From: Octopus sinensis
Lineage: Eukaryota
NCBI RefSeq assembly: GCF_006345805.1
Contig: NC_042999.1
Coordinates: 168,702,001-168,766,000, forward strand
Direction: 5' to 3'
Length of the DNA stretch: 64,000 nt
Part shown: positions 62,170 to 64,000 of the stretch, in pieces
How the letters are laid out: every line of letters starts with the position of its first letter
How positions within the stretch are numbered: the stretch's first letter is position 1
Made by a program: the position numbers and the translations under genes
Notes under the pieces: generated by a model
What the model was told of the DNA's origin: nothing
The model's database searches: none
What the model saw: the letters and a program-made list of their open reading frames with translations, nothing else

Positions 62170-63669
62170 TTTCTTTACAAATTAGAAATTAAGTAAATTC
62201 TGGTTTATTTTAAAAAATATTTTTCGATAAGTGTGAGTGTAATAAATTAAAATCACAAAATATTGCAATTGCAGTGAACTTCTTAAATGGAAAACATGCG
62301 TCTTTCCTTCCTTTTCTTCTCTTTCTTTCCTTCTTGAAATGTTTTTGCATTTGCTTCTGCTTCCAACCTTAGGTATGTGAGCTTTTATTCTTTCTTTATC
62401 GAAAATATTCCGTCATTTTCTTCTTTGTAATAAATTTCTGGAAGAGAAATATAATGAAGAATAAGTTATGAAATTTATAAAATGCAATCAGTACTACAGT
62501 ACTCAGCGAAAATATACTTTTTTTCATTTTTACAAAATAAAATTTAATTTCAGACATCCCTTGATAAGTGAGAAGTAGGCTGTCCCCTTTGTGTTATGGC
62601 CTAGGTAATAAAGAATTACAGTCGGCGAGGTATTTTTGTTGATTTTTTAATCATTTTTGATCCCGGTTAGACGTGAGTCGCATTGTTATATAGTTGTTGA
62701 AGGTCTCCCCGCGCAAGGTGCCCCCAGAAAGGAAATAAAGGTGAAGAGGAACAGAAGCAACATACTACCGAACAAGAGCAGAGTGCCGAAGTGGCGGTAC
62801 TAGAAGGTGAGAAGAACACGGAGGGAGCAGAGGAAGCATTCAAGTGAGAGGTGGGCTGTTCCACTGTTGATAAATGGTGGACGGACACAGCAAGCAGTAC
62901 CAGTCGGTGAGGTACGCCGTTCGAGTCAGTCACGCAGACAACGAAGTTACGTCGTCATAATGCGGAACATATAACTTGAATAAATGTATTTAGTTCTGAT
63001 TCTATTTCAAAGCAGTAAAGGAATACCTAATAATATTTATAACTGTCAAGATATATCCTAATTCAAACATAACTATGCTTTTCCACTGGATATTTCTTTA
63101 AAACTTCCTTACATCCATGACTTATTTGGAGTTTGAATTACTTATCTACTTACTCTTTTATTGAGGGAACGTCTCATAAAACCTTTTCTACTTATATTTT
63201 CAAATAACCGTTAGTTATTATGATGCTCGTAATTTGCATAAGGATAAATATGGATATCCGAAAATATTCTCTGTTATTTCCTGTATCAAGTCCTCTGGGA
63301 TGATAATTTTTTGTTTATACTTTTTGCACTGAGGAGAACAGTGATATATAATTAATTTAATTTAATCAAATTAATTTAATTATTCTACTATGAATTCGCA
63401 TGTTTTAATATCGTTGTTTGAAACGATCGTATGCATGTATTAAAATTCTTTCAAATTTTAACATCTTCTCTTCTCCATTTTTAACAAAATTGTTGGTTCT
63501 ATGGGATACCTTTCCACAAATTCACATAACACACTATATACAAATATTATTTTCATATTTGCAAACTTATGCCAGTAAGTTACCAGCAAAATATGAAGAA
63601 TTTCTATTAGAAATCGTTTTTTGGAACCCTCCAAATTAAAAGACGAAATATAATTCAACCTTTTCACTC

Positions 63670-64000
63670 ACACGCACATGACGTCGGCACTAGCTCGTAT
63701 CCGAGCATTCGGTTCGTCAGTTTCTATTCAGTCTCCTCGGCCGATGTTTGTGCCGAATGTGACTTCGGAGTCGAAGTCGGTGGTGAAAGAGTCGTGGGAA
63801 GAATATGCGCAGAATGGTCGGTGTGAGTAGAGGATGCTGAAGACGCTCCTTTCTTCTGTGTTACACCTCTTCATTCTGTTGTCTGTTCTGCTCGAAGGAG
63901 CTGGCTCCATTGCAGATAGCAGTCCCCCAGGCTGTCCTGTCCATGGTAATCTGTTTCCATGAGGATGGCTGGAAGTTAGTTTGAACCAAATTCCGTTTGA
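63670..64000 (-). mobile_element. RTE-like LINE 3' end
   Basis: Minus frame KRNLVQTNFQPSSWKQITMDRTAWGTAICNG...LRSHIRHKH. Confidence 0.6.

Noticed and set aside
62670-63000. Possible solo LTR or GPCR promoter (GC-rich patch)
   Set aside because: No verifiable TG...CA ends, TSD or second copy in the window.

Overview
AT-rich, microsatellite-dense animal genomic DNA. The SINE families and repeat landscape suggest an octopus (inference). Two host genes are visible. (1) Four coding exons of a BAP18/C17orf49 (SANT/Myb-like chromatin complex subunit) homologue on the minus strand (38803 to 3102, with canonical splice sites and consistent phases); the last exon probably lies left of the window. (2) An intronless class A GPCR (61147-62169, minus). 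The rest is mostly transposon debris: a full-length DD34E Tc1 element, RTE-type and RLE-type LINE remnants, several Penelope-like elements (PLEs; GIY-YIG/RT), Helitrons, piggyBac-type MITEs, a Gypsy remnant and tRNA-derived SINEs. The main unannotated signal is about 17 minimal type I hammerhead ribozyme motifs with palindromic stem III, from several unrelated families. Several sit in long foldback palindromes. Between them they show three Watson-Crick versions of the catalytic 3:8 tertiary pair: C3-G8, U3-A8 and an unusual G3-C8. Several copies are mutated at the CpG that contains the catalytic G12. All folds were read by eye and no searches were run.
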